Source: an uncultured Planctomycetales bacterium (GTDB lineage: Bacteria; Planctomycetota; Phycisphaerae; UBA1845; JAFGLZ01). From it: a stretch of 64,000 nucleotides of DNA. The translations under genes and the position numbers were made by a program. The notes under the pieces are model-generated. The model ran no database searches, was not told the DNA's origin, and was given only the letters and a program-made list of their open reading frames with translations. Below are positions 7,925 to 17,303 of this stretch, in pieces (within the stretch, counting starts at the first letter, position 1; every line of letters starts with the position of its first letter). The stretch covers positions 949 through 64,948 of the forward strand of contig CAYUQT010000053.1 in the NCBI GenBank assembly GCA_964446835.1. Direction: 5' to 3'.

Positions 7925-9760
7925 ATGATGGCACGATGCCTGAAGTTGGGGTTGGTGTTCACGATGATCTGGGCGGCCTCGGCGTTTGGGGCGGCCGAAA
8001 CCAAACCATCCCGCAAGATCGCGATCCTCCAGTTGCGAGGCCGATACTCCGAGGCACCTCGCGGGCTCTCGCTGAGCCTGGCCGGCGAACCCCGGGGGAC
8101 GATGCACGAACTTCTCAAGCGATTCGACAAGGCAGCCAAAGATGTCGACGTCGCGGCGGTGGCGCTCTACATCGACGACCCCACGCTGGGATGGGCCCAG
8201 GTTCAGGAGGTTCGAGCGGCAATCGGCCGGATTCGAGCGGCGGGCAAGGAAGTTCACGGCCACTTTGCCGCCGCGGACGAAACCACCTATCTGGCCGCCG
8301 CGGCGTGCAATCGCGTGGCGATGGTTCCCAGCGGCCAGATCAGCCTGACGGGCGTAGCGGCCCAAGGGCTGTACTTCAAGGGGCTCCTGGACAAGCTGGG
8401 TATTGTGGCCGACATGGAGCATGTGGGGGCGTACAAGGGGGCGGCCGAGCCCTACACTCGGACGGGGCCCAGTGCTGAGAGCCAGGAGCAGATGCGGTCG
8501 CTCATGGGCGATCTGTATCAGCAGTTGGTCGAGGGCATCGCGACCTCGCGCGATCTGTCACCCGATGCGGTTCGTTCGCTGATCGATCGAGGACCCTTCA
8601 CCGCCCGGCAGGCGGCGGCCGCCAAGCTGGTGGACGAACTGTCCTATCGCGACGAATTCGTTCGCGACCTGAAGAAACGATTCCCGGGGGCCGAGCTTCT
8701 CCGCAACTATGGGCGCCAGAAGGGGCCGGAGGTCGATCTCGCCTCGCCGTTCGCCTTCCTCAAACTGCTCAAGGATGCGATGGAGCCGACCCGCAAAAGG
8801 GACAAGAACACGATTGCCCTGGTGTACATCGACGGGGTGATCTGGTCGGGAGCCAGTCAGGAGACGTTCTTCGACGAGGCCCTCGCGGGCAGCACGACGT
8901 TGCGCCGGGCCCTGATGGAGGCCGCCGAGGACGATTCGATCAAGGCCGTGGTCCTTCGGATCGATTCGCCGGGGGGCTCCGCGCTGGCCAGCGACATGAT
9001 CTATCAGGCGATCCAGATCGTCCGCAAGGCGGGCAAGCCCGTGATCACGTCGATGGGTAACACGGCGGCCAGCGGCGGCTACTACACCGGCGTGGGTGCC
9101 GATACCGTCTTCGCACAGGCCGGCACGATCACCGGTTCGATCGGCGTGGTCGGCGGAAAGATCGCCCTGGGCGGGCTGTTCGACAAGGTGGGCATTACAA
9201 CCTACACGTACAAATTCGGACAGAATTCCGATCTGTACAGCTACACCACACCGTTCGACGAACGTCAGCGGCAGGTGATCCGCGTTCACATGGGCGAGAC
9301 ATACGATCAGTTCAAGCGGTGCGTGGTGGATCGTCGGGGCGACCGGCTCAAGGGAGACATTGAAGACTTGGCCGGCGGACGCGTCTATACCGGCCGGCAG
9401 GCGATGGCCAAGGGGCTGGTCGACCGCGTTGGCGGACTGGACGACGCCCTGCGATACGCCGCCGGGCAGGCCAAACTGACCGACTACTCCGTCCGCATCA
9501 TGCCCAAGCCGCGCACGCTGTTCGACTATATCCGCGACGCCTTCGGGTTCGAGGATGACGACGATCAGTCGTCGGCCCGTGCGGATGTCCTGTTGTCATG
9601 GATGCGACCGGGCGATGCGGGTCTGTCGGCGGCGATTCCGGTCTTCGGCCAACTCGCCCCCAATGCGGCCCGCAGCGCCGTGCGGAGCCTGCTGCGGATC
9701 GATCTGCTTCGCCATGAATCGGTGCTGATGATCACGCCGATGGATTGGACCGTACGATAA
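7925..9760 (+). CDS. sppA: Signal peptide peptidase SppA, 67K type (tandem S49 domains)
   Basis: 611 aa with signal peptide MMARCLKLGLVFTMIWAASAFG. Two ClpP/S49-like halves, with the serine motif GNTAASGGYY in the second. Confidence 0.9.
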   Translation: MMARCLKLGLVFTMIWAASAFGAAETKPSRKIAILQLRGRYSEAPRGLSLSLAGEPRGTMHELLKRFDKAAKDVDVAAVALYIDDPTLGWAQVQEVRAAIGRIRAAGKEVHGHFAAADETTYLAAAACNRVAMVPSGQISLTGVAAQGLYFKGLLDKLGIVADMEHVGAYKGAAEPYTRTGPSAESQEQMRSLMGDLYQQLVEGIATSRDLSPDAVRSLIDRGPFTARQAAAAKLVDELSYRDEFVRDLKKRFPGAELLRNYGRQKGPEVDLASPFAFLKLLKDAMEPTRKRDKNTIALVYIDGVIWSGASQETFFDEALAGSTTLRRALMEAAEDDSIKAVVLRIDSPGGSALASDMIYQAIQIVRKAGKPVITSMGNTAASGGYYTGVGADTVFAQAGTITGSIGVVGGKIALGGLFDKVGITTYTYKFGQNSDLYSYTTPFDERQRQVIRVHMGETYDQFKRCVVDRRGDRLKGDIEDLAGGRVYTGRQAMAKGLVDRVGGLDDALRYAAGQAKLTDYSVRIMPKPRTLFDYIRDAFGFEDDDDQSSARADVLLSWMRPGDAGLSAAIPVFGQLAPNAARSAVRSLLRIDLLRHESVLMITPMDWTVR

Positions 9761-9850
9761 GGGAGAGAAACAACCTGTCGCTTCCTGCAAAGATAATCAC
9801 CTGCCGAATCGCGATGGATCAGCTTCAAGTGTGGGGGCAAGTCTCTCAGA

Positions 9851-10248
9851 TCAAGAGGCCAGCCAGTCCTCAAGCCGAAGGTTGGGTATGAGGCGGAAGT
9901 GCCGTTGGTTGTGGCTCACAACGGTGAGGTCATTCAATAAGCCCGTGCTCGCAATCAGTAGGTCGAGCGTGGGGACGGTCGTGCCATGTCGTTGCAGGTC
10001 TGCCCGAATCTCGCCGCACTTGCGGGCGAATCATCATCGAGATGCAAAACGGTGAGGTCTGAAAGCATCGAGAGCAACCCTTCTTCCCGCTTGGCCGGAT
10101 TGTTCGTCAAGTGCACCCACGAGTAGAGTTCGGCCAACGACACGATGGAGATATAGAGTTCTCCGCTGTGCTGTATGAAGCGATTGAGAACTTGCCTGTG
10201 GCCTCGCAGGTAGGCCGAACAGATGTCCGTGTCCAGCAGGTGGCTCAT
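9851..10248 (-). pseudogene. vapC: PIN-domain VapC-like toxin with a 1-nt frameshift near 10016-10026
   Basis: Track ORF 9955..10248 reads MSHLLDTDICSAYL...VLHLDDDSPA then nonsense. Shifting frame gives KCGEIRADLQRHGTTVPTLDLLIASTGLLNDLTVVSHNQRHFRLIPNLRLEDWLAS with the stop at 9851-9853, which is the canonical VapC C-terminal half. The total length is not a multiple of 3. Confidence 0.75.
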
Positions 10249-10484
10249 GAGCTTGGCCCCGATCGGTCATCCTTTCGATCACGATACGTATCCTGCAGGA
10301 ATTGGTCGAAGTCCTCAGCGCCCTCGGCCCAAGCACCAAAGGAACGTCGAAGACCTTCGCCGGGCGGAAGTGCCAGTCGCAATACTACAGAAACAATCTG
10401 TCCTTCGGGAATCCCCGGTTCACGGTCCAGCTCGATCGTTCTACCATGAACGACACCCTTCACGATCACCGCACTTGTCATCAT
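10245..10484 (-). CDS. Type II antitoxin (partner of the frameshifted PIN toxin)
   Basis: 79 aa, MMTSAVIVKGVVHGRTIELDREPGIPEGQIVSVVL... 4-nt ATGA overlap with the toxin start at 10248. Confidence 0.7.
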   Translation of the reverse strand: MMTSAVIVKGVVHGRTIELDREPGIPEGQIVSVVLRLALPPGEGLRRSFGAWAEGAEDFDQFLQDTYRDRKDDRSGPSS

Positions 10485-10784
10485 GATTCACCTGTGTCCT
10501 TCTGTCCTGTATCTCCGACCTCTCAATCCCCTCAACAACCCTGCGAATCACGATGTCGGGAACAACGCTCCCTTTACCAGCAATGAGTTGATCTCTTGGT
10601 TTATGGTACCACGCCGGGTCTTCCCTGATAAGAAGAGCTCCGAGTCGACGAATCGGCGGCCCTGGACCATGGTGGGCCACATCCTCTCGGCTCATACGTC
10701 ATCGAACATTCGCGCACTTGTCCCCTGGCCCGATCACCCCGTATAACAGAGGCGCTTTCGGGCTGTTCTTCCTGATTCCATACT

Positions 10785-11792
10785 ATGGGAGGATTGTCTG
10801 TGACGACGCACAACATCCTGGTCGTCGGCGGAGGTTCGATCGGCGAACGGCACCTGAGGTGCTTTCTGAAGACCGGCAAGGTGTACGTTTCGCTGTGCGA
10901 CACGAGCCCGGCCATTCGCGAACGGCTGAAGGGTCAATATCCGGTGGTCGACGTGATCGAGGATTATGCGTCGGCAGATCTGGCGCGATACGACACGGTC
11001 ATCATCTGTACGCCGGCGCAGTTGCACATCTCGATGGCGTTGCGGGCGGTCGAGGCCGGCTGCAATGTGCTATGCGAGAAGCCGCTGAGCACGACCCTCG
11101 ACGGAATCGATGCACTGGCCGCGGCAATCGAGCGCAAGGGCGTGCATTTCGTGGTGGCGTATGTCCAGCGTGCGATGCCGCCACTGGCCGAGTTGAAACG
11201 CCGCATCGACTCGGGCGAGATCGGTCAGATCAAGCACGTTCTGGCCGCCTGGGGGCAGCACTTCCCCACATACCGACCGGCCTATCGGCAGATCTACTAC
11301 GCCGATCGGCGAACGGGCGGCGGGGCGCTGCAGGACGCCGTGACCCACGTGCTCAATTACGTGCAATGGTGCATGGGCCCGGCATCGAGCGTGTACTGCC
11401 AGGCCGATCACATGGTGTTGCCGGGCGTGACGGTTGAGGACACCGCCTCGTTGATCCTGCGGTTTCGCAACAGCCCGGCCATCGGTACGATCACGCTGAA
11501 TCAGTTTCAGACCAATAACTCCGGCGTCTATGAGTTCGCCGGAACCGAGGGGACACTGCGGCTCGAGACCACCGGCTGGCGAATCGGGGTGTGCAAGGAC
11601 GAGCAGTGGAGCTGGACGGAACCCCGGACGTTCGAGCGCGACGACTTCTTCATCCGTCAGGCCGAACTGTTTCTCAAGACCGTCGACGAAGGCGCGCCGC
11701 CGCTCTGCACGCTGTCAGAGGCAAGGGACACCCTCGCGGCGATCCTGGGCTCTCTGACGTCGAGCGATCAGAACCGCCGTGTCGATCTGTGA
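10785..11792 (+). CDS. Gfo/Idh/MocA family oxidoreductase
   Basis: 335 aa with ILVVGGGSIGERH Rossmann motif and CEKPL motif. The real start may be GTG 10800 (GGGAGGA 6 nt upstream). Confidence 0.85.
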   Translation: MGGLSVTTHNILVVGGGSIGERHLRCFLKTGKVYVSLCDTSPAIRERLKGQYPVVDVIEDYASADLARYDTVIICTPAQLHISMALRAVEAGCNVLCEKPLSTTLDGIDALAAAIERKGVHFVVAYVQRAMPPLAELKRRIDSGEIGQIKHVLAAWGQHFPTYRPAYRQIYYADRRTGGGALQDAVTHVLNYVQWCMGPASSVYCQADHMVLPGVTVEDTASLILRFRNSPAIGTITLNQFQTNNSGVYEFAGTEGTLRLETTGWRIGVCKDEQWSWTEPRTFERDDFFIRQAELFLKTVDEGAPPLCTLSEARDTLAAILGSLTSSDQNRRVDL

Positions 11793-11865
11793 CGGCAGCC
11801 CACTCCGGATAAGACGAACGTTTCAACGCCTTCTCACTGAACCCCCCCCGGGGAGAGGATGAATC

Positions 11866-14800
11866 ATGACAACCCATCGGAAGCAGGTCATCCTGGGATG
11901 TGTCGTAGCCGTCGCCACGCTTCAGGGCCTTCGGCTGCCGTCGGCCTCAGCTCAGGCTGCCGATACGGCCTCCGCATCGCTCTGCGGTCAGGTTGTTTCG
12001 CTGGACGGCCCATGGCTTCTGGCCACCGACCCGAAGAACGCCGGTCGCGAGGGCAAGTGGTGGACCGAGCCGCGTCCGGACGCCAGGAAGACCAAGGTGC
12101 CCTGGATCATTCAGGTGACCTTCCCCGGTTATCACGGCGTGGCCTGGTACTGGAAGGATTTTGAGGCGCCCGCCAACCCGCTGCCCCAGGGCCGAACCCT
12201 GCTTCGCTTCTGGCAGGTCGACTACAAGGCCGATGTGTGGTTGAACGGTACGCACCTGGGCACGCACGAGGGCGGAGAAAGCCCGTTCCTCTTCGACGTC
12301 ACCGCGGCAGTCAAACCCGGCGCCGGGAATCGCCTGGCGGTTCGCGTGGTCAACCCTTCGCACGATCCCATCGACGGACTCGTCCTGAACGAGATACCGC
12401 ATCGCAACAAGGCGCTCCCTTACGGTGCGGGCAGCACGTGGGACCAGGGAGGCATCTGGGATTCCGTTGAGTTGCTGACGGTCCCTCAGGCCTGGATCGA
12501 AGACCTCTTCGTCCGTCCCGACTGGCAGACCGGCGTAATCCGCATTCAGGCAAACATCCGCAACGCAGGTCCCGGCGCTCTCAAGGCGAGGCTTCAGCTT
12601 GGCGTCGCCCCGGCCGCCGGCGGTTCGACGCTGGCGCTGGGTTGTCAGGAGATCGAGCTGAAGGTTGGCGACACGATCACCGAGACCTCCCTGAAGGTTC
12701 GAGATCATCGTCTGTGGAACCTGGATGATCCCTTTCTCTATCGTGTGACGGCCAGGCTCTGTTCGGCTGCCGGTCCGGCCCCCGGCGCGTGTGGCAGCGT
12801 TCACGAGCATTCGGTCCGCTGCGGCTTCCGCGACTTCCGGTTCGAAAACGGCTACTTCCGCCTGAACGGCAAGCGGATCTACCTGCGGTGTTCGCACACG
12901 GGCAACTGCTGCCCCATCGGGCTGGAGATGCCCCACGATCCGGACTTCCTGCGCCGAGACCTCGTCAATCAGAAGATGATGCGGTTTAATGCGATTCGCT
13001 TCATCGCCGGTGTGGCCAAGCGATACCAGCTCGATCTGGCCGACGAAATCGGTCTGATGGTCTACCAGGAGAACTACGCCGGCTGGTGCCTCGTCGACTC
13101 GCCCAAGATGGCCGAACGATTCGACGAGGCCACGTTCGGCATGATCAAACGCGACCGCAACCACCCCAGCCTGACGATGTGGGGCCTGCTGAATGAGACC
13201 GCCGAGGGTCCCGTCTTCCGCCATGCCGTGGGTCTTCTGCCCGAGGTTCGCAAGCTCGACGACACGCGGCTGGTCTTCCTCAACAGCGGGCGGTTCGACA
13301 ATGCCGGCGGCCTTTCGGGCATCCAAATCTGGCGGAACGGCGGACAGATCGATCCCTGCGTCAACTTCAACCCGACCTCCGGTGTAGTCACGGCGCTGGG
13401 CATCACCTGGCAACCCGGCACCCTGGCATTTCACCCCGGTCCCCAGGGCGAGTATGGCGTCGTTCGCTACACGGCCCCGGCCGACTACGTCGTCGAGTTC
13501 TCGGCCTCATTCAAGAGCATCGCCGCACACGCGACCACCGACGTTCATGTTCTGCACAACGGCCGGGTCCTTTTCGACGACGTGATCAACCTCAACAATC
13601 GCGGACCGGAAACGCAGTGGAAGGCCACCCTGACGGTCAAAGAGAATGACACGATCGACTTTGCGGTCGGTCGGGGCAACAACGACTACGGCGGCGACTG
13701 CACGGGGCTGAGCGTGGTGGCCAAGTCGATGGCCGGCAAGTTCGATGCGGCGGCCGACTTCTCGATCGAGGTCAACGGCAGCGGCGTGTGGAGCTATGGC
13801 ATGTTCGCGCCAGGCAAGACGCCCAATGCCAAGACCTTCTCCCGGTTCACAACGGCAATCACAGAGAAGGCGATTGGCTCGCTGAGCAACCCCGGTTCGA
13901 CAGAGTGGCAGGACGTGCTGACGGACACGCACCCCTACCAGCGCGTGCCGCACACGCCCGACATCGTCGCCCGGCTCCGCACGCTGGACGGCGGGGCCAA
14001 ACCGGTATTCATCTCAGAATACGGCATCGGCAGCGCGGTCGATCTGCTTCGCACGTGCCGATGGTACGAACAGGCCGGCTTCGCGCATGTCGAGGATGCC
14101 CGGTTCTACGCAGGCTGCCGCGATCAGTATCTGGCCGACTGGCAGCGGTGGCGGCTGAACGAGGTCTTCGACCGCCCGGAGGATTTCTTTGCCCAGGGCA
14201 ACGCCCGCATGGCGGGCCAGCGTCTGTTGGGCCTCAATGCCATCCGTGCCAACCCCAAGGTGATCGGGCACAGCCTGACCGGAACCGTGGATCAAGGCAT
14301 GACCGGCGAGGGAGTGTGGACCACCTTCCGCGAACTGAAGCCGGGCTCGACCGACGCCCTGTTCGATGCCTGGGCGCCGTTGCGATGGTGTCTGTTCGCC
14401 GAGCCGGTCAACGTCTATCGCAAGACCCCCGTGAAGCTCGAGGCCGTGCTGGCCAATGAAGACGCCCTGTCGCCGGGCGAGTACCCGGTCCGCCTTCAGG
14501 TGGTCGGTCCAAACCTCACACGGGTGTTCGAGAAGACGGTCACCGTCAAGATCGCAGACCCGAAGGCCAAACCCGAGCCCCCGATGGTCCTGCCGGTTTT
14601 TGCCGGGGATGTGACGATCGACGGCCCGCCGGGCGTGTATCGTTTCATGGCGACCTTCGAGAAGGGCGCCGCCGCCTGCGGTGAAGAGATTGCGTTCTAT
14701 CTCTGGCCGGCCCCCGGCGAGTTGCCGAAGGTCGATCCGGAGGTCACCGTGGTCTCGTCGGATGCCGCGATGGTTCAGTGGCTGACCGACCGCGGAGTTC

Positions 14801-15405
14801 GAGTTCGCCGTGGCCTAGCGGGGCCTCAGACCGCCCGCGAGGTGATCCTGTTGTCCGGCAAGCCCGAGGGGGACCCTGCAGTGCTCTTCAAGGACCTCGC
14901 GCGGCGGATCGCACGTGGATCGACGGCGGTCTTCCTGACTCCTGAGACACTGGCTCGGGGCGATCAGTCGACGGGCTGGCTGCCGCTCAAAACCAAGGGG
15001 AGCGTCAGCGGCATCGCTCGATGGCTCTATCATTCCGACGAATGGTCCAAGCACCACGCGATTTTCGAGGGCTTGCCCACGGGGGGTCTGATGGACTATA
15101 CCGTCTATCGCGAGCTGATCCCCGATGCGGTCTTCATGGGGATGGAGCCGCCGGCAGATGCGGTGGCCGGTGGGATCAATGCCTCTCAGGCCTATCAGTC
15201 GGGCCTGACGGTGGCGGTGTACAAGCTCGGCGCCGGCGAGTTCATCCTGAACTCGCTGCGGATTCGCGAACACCTGAGCAAACAGCCGGTGGCGGATCGT
15301 CTGCTGCTGAACCTGCTTCGCTTCGCAGGACGCGAGGCGGGCAAGCCGCTTGCAGCGGAGGCGGCCGACCTCGAAGCGAGGCTCAAGGAAGCGGGCTACC
15401 CGTGA
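11866..15405 (+). CDS. Glycoside hydrolase family 2-like protein with long C-terminal extension, secreted
   Basis: 1179 aa with a signal peptide. GH2 sugar-binding region (GVAWYWKDF..., VWLNGTHLGTHEGGESPF), then a TIM-barrel region with NHPSLTMWGLLNE. Confidence 0.8.
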   Translation: MTTHRKQVILGCVVAVATLQGLRLPSASAQAADTASASLCGQVVSLDGPWLLATDPKNAGREGKWWTEPRPDARKTKVPWIIQVTFPGYHGVAWYWKDFEAPANPLPQGRTLLRFWQVDYKADVWLNGTHLGTHEGGESPFLFDVTAAVKPGAGNRLAVRVVNPSHDPIDGLVLNEIPHRNKALPYGAGSTWDQGGIWDSVELLTVPQAWIEDLFVRPDWQTGVIRIQANIRNAGPGALKARLQLGVAPAAGGSTLALGCQEIELKVGDTITETSLKVRDHRLWNLDDPFLYRVTARLCSAAGPAPGACGSVHEHSVRCGFRDFRFENGYFRLNGKRIYLRCSHTGNCCPIGLEMPHDPDFLRRDLVNQKMMRFNAIRFIAGVAKRYQLDLADEIGLMVYQENYAGWCLVDSPKMAERFDEATFGMIKRDRNHPSLTMWGLLNETAEGPVFRHAVGLLPEVRKLDDTRLVFLNSGRFDNAGGLSGIQIWRNGGQIDPCVNFNPTSGVVTALGITWQPGTLAFHPGPQGEYGVVRYTAPADYVVEFSASFKSIAAHATTDVHVLHNGRVLFDDVINLNNRGPETQWKATLTVKENDTIDFAVGRGNNDYGGDCTGLSVVAKSMAGKFDAAADFSIEVNGSGVWSYGMFAPGKTPNAKTFSRFTTAITEKAIGSLSNPGSTEWQDVLTDTHPYQRVPHTPDIVARLRTLDGGAKPVFISEYGIGSAVDLLRTCRWYEQAGFAHVEDARFYAGCRDQYLADWQRWRLNEVFDRPEDFFAQGNARMAGQRLLGLNAIRANPKVIGHSLTGTVDQGMTGEGVWTTFRELKPGSTDALFDAWAPLRWCLFAEPVNVYRKTPVKLEAVLANEDALSPGEYPVRLQVVGPNLTRVFEKTVTVKIADPKAKPEPPMVLPVFAGDVTIDGPPGVYRFMATFEKGAAACGEEIAFYLWPAPGELPKVDPEVTVVSSDAAMVQWLTDRGVRVRRGLAGPQTAREVILLSGKPEGDPAVLFKDLARRIARGSTAVFLTPETLARGDQSTGWLPLKTKGSVSGIARWLYHSDEWSKHHAIFEGLPTGGLMDYTVYRELIPDAVFMGMEPPADAVAGGINASQAYQSGLTVAVYKLGAGEFILNSLRIREHLSKQPVADRLLLNLLRFAGREAGKPLAAEAADLEARLKEAGYP

Positions 15406-15498
15406 TCCCGGCTTCCGGCCTGTTGCGTTGTCTGGTGTTGAAACGGCGGTCCGACGAACCCCAATGCGGCCTCGGGCAGAGACCCGATCTATAGAATC

Positions 15499-16599
15499 AT
15501 GAACGTTGAAGAACGCATCCTGACCGCTCTTCGCTCGGAACAGCCCGACCGGGTCCCGATCCTTGTCCACTTCAACCCCTATGTTGAGGATTGGTACACC
15601 CATCTGCCGTCGTATGCCGAGGTGATTCTGGCGGCCGAACAGTATGCGGACGTACTCTTCAACTGGGACGCACCGGCCCCGCTCATGTTCACGGCGGCCC
15701 AACGGTGGATCGAACAGCGAGACCTGGGCAACGGGCAGACCGAACATATCATCCATACGCCCGACGGCCCGATCAACGAGATCGCCCGGGAGAGCTGGCA
15801 TGGACACGAGGTGATCAAGCGGTGGATCCACTCGGCCGACGATGCTCGCAGGGTTTTGTCCATGCCGTACCTGCCCTGCAAGCCCGACCTCGAACGCTTC
15901 TTCGACGCCAAGGTTCGCCTCAGAGGACGCGGCGTCGCGCAGGCAACCTTCTGCGAGCCGAACGTTGTGTTCGAATGGCTCGATGAGTCCCTGTTTGCAT
16001 CGCCCGACGGACCCGACCGCGGGCTGATTCGCGACCTGATTCAGACGGCCTACGATCGCATCCGCGACGTTTTGCGGATGTGTCTCGACGCGGGCGTCGG
16101 ACCGATCTATGCCTTCCGGTCGGCACAGGGAGGTCTGATCGGGCACCTGTCCGACGAGGACTTCGATGAGTTCGTCATCGAACCCACCCGCCGGCTGATC
16201 GAACTCGTCCACGAATACGACGAAACCTATGTGATCCTCAAGAACCGCGGGCGTCTGGCGCTCATTCTCGATCGGCTGGCGACCCTCCGGATGGATGGAC
16301 TGGAGGTCATCGAACCCCCACTGGCCGGAGATCGCAGCCTCACCTACGTCAAGGATCGAATCGGCAAGCGGGTCTGTCTGATCGCCAATCTGGGAGCTGA
16401 GGAGCTCAACACCCGCAGCACCACAGAGGTCGAGCGGATGGTCCAGCAGTCTCTGGCAGCCGGGGCACCCGGCGGAGGCTTCATCCTGAGCCCCTGCCCG
16501 TCGACGCTCGATCGCGACCTGCCGGCTCAGGCCTCGGCGAACCTCGTGCACTGCCTTAAAACGGCCCATGAACTGGGCAAGTATCCCCTGCGGACCTGA
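15499..16599 (+). CDS. UroD-family protein (second paralog; lacks the H-x-C zinc motif)
   Basis: 366 aa, MNVEERILTALRSEQPDRVPILVHF... UroD-like N-terminus. The position aligned with LHICGN in the first paralog reads VILKNRG. Confidence 0.7.
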   Translation: MNVEERILTALRSEQPDRVPILVHFNPYVEDWYTHLPSYAEVILAAEQYADVLFNWDAPAPLMFTAAQRWIEQRDLGNGQTEHIIHTPDGPINEIARESWHGHEVIKRWIHSADDARRVLSMPYLPCKPDLERFFDAKVRLRGRGVAQATFCEPNVVFEWLDESLFASPDGPDRGLIRDLIQTAYDRIRDVLRMCLDAGVGPIYAFRSAQGGLIGHLSDEDFDEFVIEPTRRLIELVHEYDETYVILKNRGRLALILDRLATLRMDGLEVIEPPLAGDRSLTYVKDRIGKRVCLIANLGAEELNTRSTTEVERMVQQSLAAGAPGGGFILSPCPSTLDRDLPAQASANLVHCLKTAHELGKYPLRT

Positions 16600-16667
16600 T
16601 CGACTGCACAGCAGGCGGCGCAACCCCGCGGTATCGGGAAACCCGAACGGCCCAAGGAGACCAGGTT

Positions 16668-16928
16668 ATGAGTTCCGTGAAATCCACCCGAAGGATCGTG
16701 TGGTTTGTCCTCGGCCTCGTCGTCGGACTGGCCGTGGCCGAACTCTGGCGACCCCTCAGCGCCGAGGCCCAGATCCCCGATGCGGGGCGACAGCTCCTGG
16801 ACCTCCAGCAATCCACCGGCGAGAGCAACCGTCTGCTCAGCGAGATCCTGTCGGTACTCCAGAAGGGTACGCTCAAGGTCCGGATCGCCGAACCCGAGAA
16901 GACTACCAAGCCGCCGCAGGTTCGATAG
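16668..16928 (+). CDS. Small membrane-anchored hypothetical protein
   Basis: 86 aa. AAGGAG-like RBS (CCAAGGAGACCAGGTTATG). TM segment IVWFVLGLVVGLAVAEL. Confidence 0.5.
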   Translation: MSSVKSTRRIVWFVLGLVVGLAVAELWRPLSAEAQIPDAGRQLLDLQQSTGESNRLLSEILSVLQKGTLKVRIAEPEKTTKPPQVR

Positions 16929-17303
16929 CCGCGCTATCGGCCACCACACCTGGATCGGTTCGATGGTCGGTTAAGACCCACGGTCTGGCCCACGTCGGGC
17001 AAAAGCCGTCGAACGGCATCGCTTGCCGCCCCATGACCGACGCCCCGCGCCGGGCCTCGGCATGGCGGCCGCCGAGGCCCAATCGACCCCTCTTACGTCC
17101 GATAATCCACACCATATGCATCACATTCTTTCGTTACGTCTTGCCCTGCAACAACCTGCAACGTTCGCATCGGATTTGAATAAATCCGACCTTCCCCACT
17201 TCCGATAATTCACGTGCAGAGAGCGTGGGGGCTTCGCCCCTCAATGACGCGTTCAATGGTGTCTCGCCCGCGAAATGCGCGGTGGGACGCATGACATGTT
17301 GGA

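Noticed and set aside
14815-16623. 602-aa minus-strand ORF
   Set aside because: It is antisense to the GH2 3' end and the whole second UroD-like gene. It has no recognisable motifs and a shadow-ORF composition.
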